From contig CM060731.1 in assembly GCA_030704615.1 (NCBI GenBank), positions 18,662,001 to 18,726,000 on the forward strand: 64,000 nt of DNA, written 5' to 3'. The DNA is from Takakia lepidozioides. Its lineage: Eukaryota; Plantae; Bryophyta. How positions within the stretch are numbered: the first letter of the stretch is position 1; each line of letters opens with the position of its first letter. The notes under the pieces were generated by a model that was not told the DNA's origin, did no database searches, and saw only the letters and a list, made by a program, of their open reading frames with translations. Position numbers and translations under genes: made by a program. Below are positions 26,101 to 37,082 of this stretch, one piece after another.

Positions 26101-28035
26101 CAGCGCTCCGGGGGGTCGGCTGCGAAGAGATCACTATACGAGGATGCACCTGGCAGACCCTACCGTGCGGTGCACATTGCGGGCAGGGAAGTCCTCAAAA
26201 CACCCACAATTGTGGAGTGTGTTAATGAAAATTTCCTAACTGCTCTGACCAGAAGGCTGGAGATAACGAGATTGAGGAAGGCGATCGAGGCCCACCAGGG
26301 GAAGGGGAAGAGGAAGGCCACTGGCAATGATATGGAGGACACTCCTGGCTACACAAAGATGATGGAGTATTTTGTGGCGATGAGCCACGGCAAAAAGAGC
26401 ACAGTCGGGGGCAGGGCGGTGAAAGCCTCCATCGACATGATCCTTGTGGATATCCCGGATGGGCAGGAGATACTGGGGCTGGGCTCAGTTCCCTGGTGGA
26501 ACAAGTACGACGAAAGATACTGGAGCCACACATTCGGGTTCGCAGCCAACATGTTGGACGACGTTGGCTGTGTTGTTGTGCTAGCAGCCGATGGAGAAGT
26601 CACTGAGAATGATATCAAAGTATGGACGGGGAGAAGTGCAGCACCCATCCTGAAAAAGATCTGGACTTGCATCAACACGCAGGGTCTTCTCAACGATGGC
26701 CAGAAGGTATGCTGTGGTTCTCCTCTGCTATGTCAATTTCTGGGCCGAAATTGCCCCTGTACATGTAGGCCACCTCTGACGTTTTCATTTCCTTCTCTGC
26801 AGACTCTTATCTTTCAGGCATTTTGCTTCGTGAAGGAACATTCGAAATTCAAATTACGTGAAGCAGGAAGACTTGTTGATTCCACAGTTGATCCACTGGA
26901 GTATAACGTCCTGTTCAACCATGTGGGAGAGAAGGACATTCTTTGTGATTTGTCGGGCAAGCCATGGAGGTATGGCAGGACCAGGAGTCCTGCATTCATC
27001 CAGACGCTCATGGAAACGTGTACGGATGTTGAAGGCAGGGTCCTTGACGTCACTGCAAATACAGGTGAGAACGTTAATTGAATGCGGCACCGAAATTGAC
27101 ACCATTTCCGTTTCTGTATGTTTGCTTGTGCGAGGAAGCGACTCATTCTTGAGTTTGGCTGTGGTTGTGTCGTATGAATTCGCAGGTGCCTGTATGTGGG
27201 CGGGAAGGATGTCGAACCGATTTGTGTTCTCATTTGAGGGGGATACGGCCTTGTACGATTACAATTTGGCGGGCCTTCAGCGTCTGCCTCCGACTGAGGA
27301 TCCCAAAAACGCAGAAGAGGACGTGGAAGGAGAGGAGGAAGATGAAGAGGAGGAAGTCCGGGAAATTCGTTCGATGCAGGGGCGCCCGAAGCCGCTTCCC
27401 CCAATGCCTGTCTTCGAGTGAGTTGCACCATAGTAAGTGTATTGGTTTCGGTTGTAGGGACCATGCAACCTGCCGATGATTCCCTGTTTGAATTCTCTAA
27501 TGTACTTCATTCTATGTTTGTGCGTACACTCAGCCTTGCAGAGTCGTCCGACGAGGAGAAGCTGGGAGACTTGCTCGAATCGGACCCTGTTGCAGAGGAG
27601 GAGACAGAATCGCATCGGCCATTCTTTGCCAGAAAATCGTTTCTCGCGAGTCCCCAGAAGCCCTTTTTTCTACCAGCCTATGCAGACACGGCTGCCAAAG
27701 AAGCCATCAGGAGGGAGGATAGGCCTACTCGGTTAGAGCAATTGACATACGGGAATGAGCAGAGAATTATAATGAGGCGTGAGGCCAAACATAGAATTGT
27801 GAAAGGCAGAGTAGGGAAGTTCGTAATAGAATCCGCGTCCGAGAGCGAGGGGAATGTTGAGGACACTTCCGCACCCAGGTGGACAGTTCCGGCTGGTGAG
27901 GATGGTATTTTTGAGGGGAGGGCTTCTCAGAGTAACAGCGGTAGCGGCAGTGCAGGTTCGGAGGCAGGTGGAAGGCAGCCATCCTTGCATGAGGGCGGGG
28001 ATGCATCGGACAGTGATAGCGGATCCTCACCATAG
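23129..28035 (+). CDS. ParB/Srx-like + beta-class DNA amino-methyltransferase-like fusion protein of element A; 9 predicted exons, ~1300 aa, one frameshift near 26036
   Basis: Predicted exons 23129-24141, 24286-24475, 24567-24851, 24936-25055, 25136-25350, 25570-26706, 26803-27064, 27186-27417, 27534-28035; GT-AG sites match in element B. ParB-like FFVWDGNHRMLAW; motif IV-like DMILVDIPDG; motif X/I-like RTRSPAFIQTLMETCTDVEGRVLDVTANTG...NRFVFSFE. Confidence 0.78.
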
Positions 28036-28279
28036 CAAAGTCTCATTTGGATCCTTTTGTTGTACAGTTCTGAAACACTTAATGAAAATATTGACGATTT
28101 GAAAAATCATTGTGTTCAGACTGCTTGTCCATTCCCTACATTTCTTCCGCCAACCAAAATCTATAATAAAAGCAGAAGAGACGCAAACTTCAGTGAAGAA
28201 CCCTACAAGTAATTTATGCACACCATCGAGCGGGGAACTTGAAGCCATGAAAACCCTGCCGTTTCTAACATTCCTATTG

Positions 28280-28562
28280 GGAAATTTGGCGCCGAAATAG
28301 CCCAGTTTGCGCCTTCGTTATATGGGCCTCAAAAATTCCACGGATGAATTACTGCACCAAAATATTGCGATGGAAGCCTTCAGCACAAGGCACTTCACCA
28401 CATTCCACTTGGGTATTTCGGCGCCGAAATTGCCCGTTCTGCGCCTTTAAATACCGCACTATATCACATTTTAAGAGGTAATTTCGGTGCCGAAATACCC
28501 TGGTGGATGTCTTCAAAACACCATTTTAGCACACTGCTCTTGGGAATAACGGCGCCGAAATT
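28280..28562. repeat. Right subterminal palindrome array of element A
   Basis: GGCGCC/GGTGCC cores at 28288, 28420, 28486, 28551. Confidence 0.8.
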
Positions 28563-28735
28563 CCTCATTCCGCATCCTGGACCAGGAGGAACAGACCCTA
28601 TTACCGAGGTAAGAGGACATAACACCGTCAATAAAGGCAGGAAAATTCCAATTCCGCGGATGCCCCCTCATGAGCTCATAGGCTCATAGGCTCATGGGCT
28701 CATGCGCTCATGAAATAGTAAACCTCTCTCAAGTG

Positions 28736-28975
28736 CTTCCTCTACATCAGAGAAACGCCTGCCCAACATTACTCTTGCTATTTCAAGTCTCAAACCTGCT
28801 GCAAATCTACGCCTCTATTCCAAATCAGACGCCCCACTTCTTATAAACAACCGGTTCAACCTATCAAAGTATGTCTGAACCCTTTGTCTATTTTCCTGTT
28901 TGATGGTATCCATCCTCAGCCTGATTTCTGCCAAGTCAATGACACCAAACTTGGCTGATATGGCTGCTGATATCA
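28736..28975 (-). pseudogene. Upstream continuation of family-2 gag, separated from the rest by MULE A
   Basis: Translates as FGVIDLAEIRLRMDTIKQENRQRVQTYFDRL...RRFAAGLR...FSDVEEAL, in frame with the ORF left of element A. Confidence 0.85.
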
Positions 28976-28987
28976 TGATTTAACGAA

Positions 28988-28999
28988 GCTCTGATACCA
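28988..28999 (-). promoter_or_regulatory. Primer-binding site complementary to tRNA-iMet
   Basis: TGGTATCAGAGC on the minus strand; no clean LTR CA end is visible next to it. Confidence 0.6.
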
Positions 29000-29683
29000 A
29001 AAGAAGGGGCGTGAATCCCCTTCTGGGTGATTCTAATCTGTACTCCTCCTCAGTTGAAGGCAAAGCAAAAGGAAGGAACGTTCTAGTGATCCAGCCATCT
29101 TCACATGGCTGTGGATTTCCCTTAGTTCATTCGTGATCAGAGTTCATGCAATCCTCATCCACGCCGCAGCGGAAGAGAAGACATGGATGGGGAGTTTTGA
29201 ATTGTTCTTGGTCTTGGTTCTATTTTTATACAACATCCTTGCCCTATGATCACAGCGCCAACAGTGCTGCCATGATCTTTTCTGTGATGCAACCAGCCCT
29301 ATGACAGCGCTGAACACGACCCTTAATGTGAAGCTCCCTTGAGCAGTGACACGTCGGAAGCCCCCTTTTGTAATGGTGACACAGATTTAGAGGGAGGCAG
29401 CTCAGATCTGCCATGAACTGCAGGGCCACTGGTCTCTTTCAGGGTTCATGTTTTCTTCATCTTATTTCCCCAAATTGGCCATACCCCATCAACCCCGTTT
29501 ACTGAGCAGCTCTCTCCCTTCCCAAATCCTTTTCTCTCTCTCTCTAATCTTGGTCTACAGGTTCCTCACTTCTTCAACAGCAGCATATCTACCATGCAAT
29601 GCAATGCACAACTCAGCCAGGCATCTAGTGCACCCAGCCTTGAAATCATCCTCGGTCACACAAGGCATAACCATCCCATTCAT

Positions 29684-29717
<34 letters not shown>

Positions 29718-31232
29718 AATGACCAGCCCTTCACACTACTTTTTTCCAAAAGAAGCCATTGCCCAAACAGCTCTCAGCCTTTCTATAGGTTTCAACCAAA
29801 TACCCCAACAGCCCTCTTATCCCTTCAACTATGAACCTCAGTTGTTCATACCCTGAGACCATGCTGGAAACTAGTTCCAAAAGAAAAACAAATCAGTGCC
29901 GGTGTTGCCTCCCCTTCCACATTATCCTTTCTCTGTTTTCAACAGTTCTAACTAACCCTCACTGGTGTTTTCAATCAGCCAAGCTAGGCCTACATTGGTT
30001 CCAGTGTATCAATACCCAGGGCAGCATTGTGTGCAGGTTCATAACACTGAAACAAAGAACAAGAATGAAGATAAACAGTGACCATTCTGATTCAGTGACA
30101 AGCAGTCTCTCCACCACTCATTTCTTCTACTGACACTATAACATCAGGTGCATCCATCCTTTCCCTATCCTGGTTTGAAGTTTCAGAGTCTCCATTCCAT
30201 TTCCAAAACCTTTTCCTCCATCACATATCTCTACCTCATTCTCCTCTACATAGAGCCAGTCCTAAATCCACACCAAAACGATTTCTAAGTCACCACTCCC
30301 CCAAAAACCGAAGCCCACAGTCTACGAACTTATCTGTTTTATCCTCCAGCGAAGCGGTGGATCTGCCTGCCAAGATGGCACCTCACCATCGCCTGTCAGC
30401 AGCCACTTCAACCTATTCTCCTTGTCTTGATTCCAGTATTTATCATGCCATGATGGCTCCTCTTCATCCTATGGAACATCCTGTGGCTTGCCAACTAAAT
30501 ACTCTATCCTTCTATGCGTGCAATTCTTCCCTAAGAATTGATATGGTCCTATAGTAAGATGACACAAAAGCAGCTATAAGCTTTGATTACAGATAACCTG
30601 AGTTGCCATCCAGCCAGCACTTCACATGCCTCATCCCCTCCATTGATTGTGCCCACAACTCACTTCCTTGTGCTTCCGGCAGCTGGCCGTTTTCCTTGCT
30701 TGCTCATCTGCCCATAACTGTTTTCTTCAAGGCAATGGCGACAGCGGTGGTGCGCCACTCTTCTTACATGCTCCTACTCCAAGAGTTGATCATCACTACG
30801 AGAGAAGCGGCACCACTTTCCTTTACACATAATACCAAGCAGAAGTACTTAATGCCGCTCTCAAAACCAAGCAGAGTCCCATAGCGTAGGTACAACCTCC
30901 CACAAACAGACGGCCCTGACAACCCCACTGCTCGCAGCAGCTGCTAAGAGTTGCCCGTCATCTTCCTCTTCGTTTTCCTCAACCCGCGTTTCTAGGTTAA
31001 ACACCTGGGATGAAAACGTGCATCCTACGGATGAAAACGTTCATCCTACGGATGAAAATACGCATGGTCATGACTTAGCCATTTTTATCCTGGCAAAGCA
31101 TAAGCACAGTATGCCCATGAAATTACCTGTATGCAGGGATATATCCCTCCTTCAGTTGTACAACGGGCACTCCCGTTGTAGTGATGCAGGGTCTTAACGG
31201 TAAGACAAAATGTAATGTCACTCCCCTGCATT

Positions 31233-32329
31233 CATGGATACCACTGTACCCCTTCAACTTATTGGCATTAACTCTTCCCAGCATCTCTTTGTTAATGGTT
31301 TGTAACATGACGGTGTTGTTATCATACATCTTCTGTATGACATAAGGTCATTTCCATGGTGATTTAAGCTTAGAAGCTTTAATCTTTCCCTTCTTCTGCA
31401 ACCAGAGAACCAAATCTCCCGTCTTAAAAGTCTTTAACTTGCCTTCATCAAACTGTTCCTTTCTCTTCATCTGAATTCTGGTCATGTTATCAGCTGCATC
31501 AGCACGTACTTCTTCTACATGGTATAATTCATGTTTCCTGACCTTAATTGAATCTTGCAATTCCATTCTTTTTCCCCATTCCGTCCTCATGGTAGGTAAC
31601 AAGAATTCCACTGGAAGTAAAGCTTCCATACCATAAACTAATTGGAATGGTGTATACTTAGTGGTGATTTTATATGAAGTCATGTATGACCACAAAGCTG
31701 TCAGCAGCTTTGTATCCCAATCCGTTCTGTTTGCATTGATTATCTTAGCCAAGATAGTACATAGTAATTTGTTGGTAGCCTTTGCCTGCCCATTACCTTG
31801 TGGGTAATATGTTGTACTCTTCCTATGCACAATCATGAACTCTTTAGTCAATAGTTCAATGGTCTCATTAATGAAGTGACTTCCCTGATCACTGATAAAT
31901 TCCAAGGGACAGCCAAATCGTGTAAGTATGTTCTCATACAAGAACCTTGCTGTGGACTTGGCTGTGTTGTCCCTCAAAGCTTTAGCTTCCACCCACTTCG
32001 TAGTATAATCAGTGGCTGTAATTATGTACCTGTTCTGTGTATTCTTGGCTGGTGGGTTAATTGGTCCAACAAAGTCTAGTCCCCATTTCTGAAATGGTTA
32101 AGTAGACATTGTAGGATGCAAAGCCATCTTCCCAGATCTTTGCAAAGGTCCTAGCCTCTGACATTCATCACAACTCTGACAATACTTGTGTACATCTTTG
32201 AACAAAGTAGGCCACCAATAACCTGCAAGTAGTATCTTCCTACTGGTAGTCTCTTCTCCAAAATGACCTCCAGCCACTCCTTTATGAACTTCCTCCAAAA
32301 CTTTATTTACTTCATGGTGGTACAAGCAT
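31233..32329 (-). pseudogene. Integrase fragment of family-1 gypsy
   Basis: Nearly identical peptide to 4850-5947, in inverted orientation. Confidence 0.92.
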
Positions 32330-32739
32330 AAATGCCTGTTGGATTACAGAGAGTAACAGATGCAATTGAGAATAGGAACTTGTGTGGTAAGTTGAGTTGG
32401 GTGTTTGCTGGAACAAATGTAGGCTGTCATTGTCAGCTGCTAACAGCAATGCAAAGATATATGCATGATCTATGCAGAGGCATGGATAGCTGAAGGAGGA
32501 GGTTTCCTATTTCATGAGCATGAGCGGCATGAGCGGCATGAGCAGAGTAGTAACACAATCAGTTTTCATGAGCAGAAGTACAAATTTCGAAAATAAAAAA
32601 CAATAAAAAAACAATAATTTAATGCAATGTGTTAGGAAAAACAAATATATTATTCGGCCCCTTGAAGGGAAAATTGCAGTTTTGACAGTTGTGCTCATGA
32701 TATTTCGTCTTCCGCTCATGCCAATTCCCAGCGACATGT

Positions 32740-33040
32740 GCAAATATGGCGCCGAATTTCGCGGTAATAGGGTCCGTAACCTGAAAAAACGGCGACGTAT
32801 TTCACGGTAATAGGTCTCTCTGGCGAAAAATGGTGCCGAATTCCGCGGCTATAGGTCCCCTCATGACAGGTAATTCGGCGCCATTTTTCCAGACACGGTA
32901 CCAGTGCATGTTGGGACTTGGCCAGTTTTCGGCCCCAAAAAGAGAAATTCGGCGCCATTTTCCCAGACACAGGTACCAGTGCATGTTGGGACTTAGCCAG
33001 TTTTCGGCCCCAAAAAGAGAAATTCGGCGCCATTTTTCCA
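32740..33040. repeat. Left subterminal palindrome-derived array of element B
   Basis: Cores at 32748, 32832, 32877, 32951, 33026; includes a 74-75 bp direct repeat. Confidence 0.8.
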
Positions 33041-33196
33041 GAAATGGCCCCACAACTGCTTCTGTTGGATCTCAGTTTGAATGGAATATTGCCTCATTCC
33101 AGGAGTTTTGGGGTGCATTTCATTACATTGCAAAAAAAAGTCTGATACAGCAAAATGCATTTGAAAATATCCATATGGAGGATTCCGTTTGCCCCA

Positions 33197-36100
33197 TCAA
33201 TGATTTCTGGAATCCCTAAGGAGGAGTTTGTGCAGCTCGTTCACGCTCAACGCCGGTGCATGAATAAAGTCATCAATAGTCACGTTCATCCTCAATCTCT
33301 TCAGGTAGATGTAATACAGATGCTTGCACAGATAATACTTCGAACCCTTCTTTGCTTCCATCAACGAGAAGTCCGTACAATTGCAAGTCGGCTCCACTCC
33401 AATCGTAATTGTGTATACATCGTCGCGTACAGCCGAGCCGGCCGTTGCCATCCGATACACACGCCCAAGGCCGGGTGGGGGTACGTCCACGGAGCTCTGA
33501 ATAGTGCAAGCCATCCCAAGAGCATTGGCAATCCGAGTCTCATTCAACTTGTTGGGAGGGTGTCGTCTCTTCACTCTTCCGAATCGCATTGTGGGATGTG
33601 CAGAATTGTCCAATCCGTCTCTACTGGACCGAGCAGTCTGCAATGGCTGGGTCTGAGGAACCGGAAATGCGTGGGCCGGGATGTCTGTGCGTTGCACCAT
33701 TCGAAATCCTGCTGCAGATAGAGCATCCGCCTCATTCTGAGAGAGGCTGCAACCCGGTGCAACAGGCCAGACGCCCGGAGGCTCCGGCATTCCCTGAATC
33801 CCGTACTTGGGCTTGCCAAATACACAGGTCATTATGTCGTGCCTACAGAACCAAAATGTCTGCGTTGTGGCGTGAGCAAATGTGGGAGTCAAAAATCTGC
33901 CGCTGAAACAAGGTGCAGGTACAGCACCGTGTGGGTTCCTCCGAATCATCTCACCACAGCGTGGTCTCGTATCCACCCGGATGGCGCAGCACTTCCCTCG
34001 AAATGCCGGCAATGTCCTCGCAATTCTCCACTGTGACTCCGACACTCTTGTCTCCACAATGGGAATGTTGTACTGCTTTACTACAGATGGCTCATTATGT
34101 TGCCGGGGCACGCGCCCTGTGCTCAAAGGAGATGGCGATCTTGAACGTGCAGGACTTGCGGTGCTCGACGAGACCTCCTCGGGCAACATCATGGACCACG
34201 AGGGAGCGTGCGAATATTCTTGTCAGCTCGCCATGAATCCTCTTCTCCGCCAGGTGCCTCGTCAAGTCTTCGTCTCACTGGACGGGTATGAACATCTCCT
34301 TCCAAATGTTGGCCTCTTCGCAGCAATGGGGTGTCCCGAAGGCCCTCTCGCAAGGCCGCCGCCCACTTCCGAGGATTCTTCGATCTAGAGGCAGTCCGCA
34401 TCAGCATTTCCTGCCTGTCCGGCCCCAAGCCCCACTATTTCCCTTTCAAGAACTCGTTGTACTTGCATTGCTGCATAATTGACCTCACAATGTCCTCCGT
34501 TGTGGCAGTGAGGATGTCCACCAGATGCGCCGCAGAGGAGGCACGCCAGGAAGAGTGCACTGATTCGGCCATGTTTGTCGTGGGCATGTCGGTGTCGGAG
34601 TCGAGACACATTTCCTGCACAAGCACATGTTCAGGTTACAAGCAAGTTACAAATATGGCCAAGAATAATATTCAACGGGACGCGAATTCGTGCAACTCAC
34701 CTCCCGCATATAGTCGCCGAACTGGAGGAAATGATAATGCCACCATGCTAGCCAACTGACCATTGCTCCCTCGTCTGATTTCCTTACAGCACCTGACGAT
34801 GTCCACCAAGCCCGTATGCATGCAAACTGTGTCTCTGCATCATCCAAGGTGGGAGCGCGCTTCCACGCAAGGCACATGGAACGGTGCTCCTCTCTGAAAT
34901 CTGGCGCCAGGAGCCTGGTTGTGTACTGCGAAAGGCTCTGCAGAAAATGGAACCCACAAGATCTCTCCTTGCCTTCCATGGGAACATTGGGGTCTTGCCC
35001 GTACACCCTTCGGATGGCAGCCCAATTTGCTTGTGCGTTGTCCGCCATGAAACCACGGAAATTGGGAGGGGGCAATCCCGCCTTGGCCATCTGTTCGTTT
35101 ATTCCCTGCCAAAGAAGCATCTCCATTGTGTGTCCTCTCCTTTCATCTCACAAATAGCAATTGTCATTAGCATCCTGCAGTGGGTGTCGTAGACATGTGC
35201 ACCCATTGTCACCCACTGGTGATTTGTAATTCGCTTGATATGGTCGAACATGACCCAACTGTTTGACAAGTTCCCACTCGTCATCCTGTCGACCAGTTCG
35301 ACGCCGCTGCCAGGTCCACACGTGGACATTTTGAATACGAAACAACGATCTGCCTCAGTCCCTTGTCCTGGAAACCTACTTCCATGAATGTAGTCATATC
35401 CACATCGTCGCTTCACCTCCAGAATGGAGTGCATATCCGAGCCACGCCCAATTTTCTGTTTGCATGAGACAATGTGGTTTCGGACATTCGGTGAACATAC
35501 ATGGGACACCGACTCCAGCAATGCCTCCATTTCCTTCTCGTCGAGAGGAACTCTATCGGAGCCGTCTTCCGACATAATTCTGGCCAATGCCATCTTATGG
35601 GCGGCTTGGAGCTGTATCTGTTTGGGTTTGGCACCCGGTCTCAACTTAACCTCCTCCTGAACGAGCTTCGTGGGCAGCCTCCCGCGAGTTCCCCCTCGCC
35701 AATTTGTGACAATGGGAACCAACGTGTATGCAAGCTCGGGTGAGGTCAGGGAAACGGTGCAACACATAGAACTGCTTGGCATTACAAACAGACATGCAGT
35801 GTGGTGGTTCTTTGCAATGCGCACACTTAAATGTGGAGTTCGGAACCTTCTCCTGAGCTCGAAATGGTTGGTGAGCTGTGCCTGTCCAATCGGTCTCGTT
35901 CCTGTGACCTCTGGATTTAAAGTGGAAGCAAGTTGGGGAGAAACACCACAACGCGCCCGCACAAACAACGTAGCGCACCCGCACACCATCGAGCATCTTC
36001 ATGCTGGTGGTTTTGGTAACGCACCAAGGATGACCGTCATGTTTTCTATCCATATCTGTCAACATTCCGGACGCCCTCGAGTAGTCCGCCCGAGGAGGGA

Positions 36101-36778
36101 ACTCAAAGAAGATATTACCGTCGACGTCGGCGGGAAGGCATGTAACCGATTTAATTGCGAACTTGCTGTAGTCCAGCCCGGCCAGCTCCGACCGGTGTCC
36201 TTCCAGGTGAAGCCCTCGCAGAATTTCAAGAATAGATCGAACTGCGGTGCTCGTGCTGGGAATATGACTCCCTCCTCCACTGACGTCCATTGAGGACTTG
36301 CCTGATCTCCAGGACGACCTCGGAACTTCCATGACCTCGTCTGAGTCGGACAGGTTGTGAACAACCCGGTTCTCGCTCGTCTTCATGGATGGGTTCGGCT
36401 CTGGATTTACTTCGTTGCGGACTTCTCTCTTTGAGGTAGCCACTCTCTGATTCGCGGATTGTTTCGTGGAAGGCGCCAGGATAGAAGGTGCATTTGGCGG
36501 GCAAATGAAGTCCCCAACAGCCCTGTATATGACGCTGTCCGATGGTGGAACTCGCCATTCCCTGCCATCGCCGAAATCATCGTGGAGCACAACAATACTC
36601 TCAACAACAAGGCCGTTAGAGTCCTTCCTTTCCTCCTCCAAAAAACCGACCCCGGTTTCAGGTGGTATCGAACGCACAGATATTTCTCCATCACCCGGCA
36701 GGTGTCCCCTCTGCACGGAAATGAAGCTCTATGCTCGTGAGGAGGGCAGTACACTGTAGCGCTCGGGTTTTCCGCCAT
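33197..36778 (-). pseudogene. MULE transposase of element B, frameshifted
   Basis: Collinear with A (KHDGHPWCVTKT, WVMFDH, FMADNAQA, CGFH, TTNMAES, CNCTDF..LCKH) but split over several frames. Confidence 0.9.
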
Positions 36779-37082
36779 GGGAGATGTGCACACAAGACTG
36801 CCAGGATGGCGTGCTGGGAAGCTCCCTGGTAGAAGGGGGTGCAACGATGGGAATGAATGCGATGCCGATTTGTCCGAGCGACGAAGCCTGATCCAAATCC
36901 AGGGAGCCAACTATCTCAAAAATCCACAGTCAGAGTGTTAATGAACCTTGTCTCCGGAATGCGGCCCCTGGTCTTTGCGCAATAACTGCCAACGGTATGC
37001 AGTCAGAAAGTGGGGGGCCGTCCGGATGATGACGGCTGAAGGGGAGAAGCCGGCACCGTGCCGTCACATTACTACCCCCGAA

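Larger units (their letters stand above)
15001..28726. mobile_element. Mutator-like DNA transposon A (13.7 kb) carrying a ParB-MTase-like gene
   Basis: 9-bp TSD TCTCAAGTG (14992-15000 and 28727-28735). 29-bp imperfect TIRs GGGGGTTGCTATTCCATGAGCTCATGAGC / GAGGTTTACTATTTCATGAGCGCATGAGC (24/29 match). Removing the element restores the gypsy gag frame EEALETAIE. Confidence 0.95.

Noticed and set aside
27419-27421. TGA as the end of the fusion gene
   Set aside because: It overlaps a GTGAGT donor in both A and B, and a conserved in-phase downstream exon (PFFAR, RWTVP.GEDGIFE) exists. An unspliced short isoform cannot be excluded.
23129-28035. Bacterial contamination as the source of the ParB/MTase gene
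   Set aside because: The gene has conserved spliceosomal introns and lies within TSD-flanked elements inserted in plant retrotransposon DNA.
29000-31230. Possible host gene, LINE or LTR remnants (also 45549-46392, 48514-49365, 51630-52340, 63074-64000)
   Set aside because: No recognisable motifs or boundaries that I can support.
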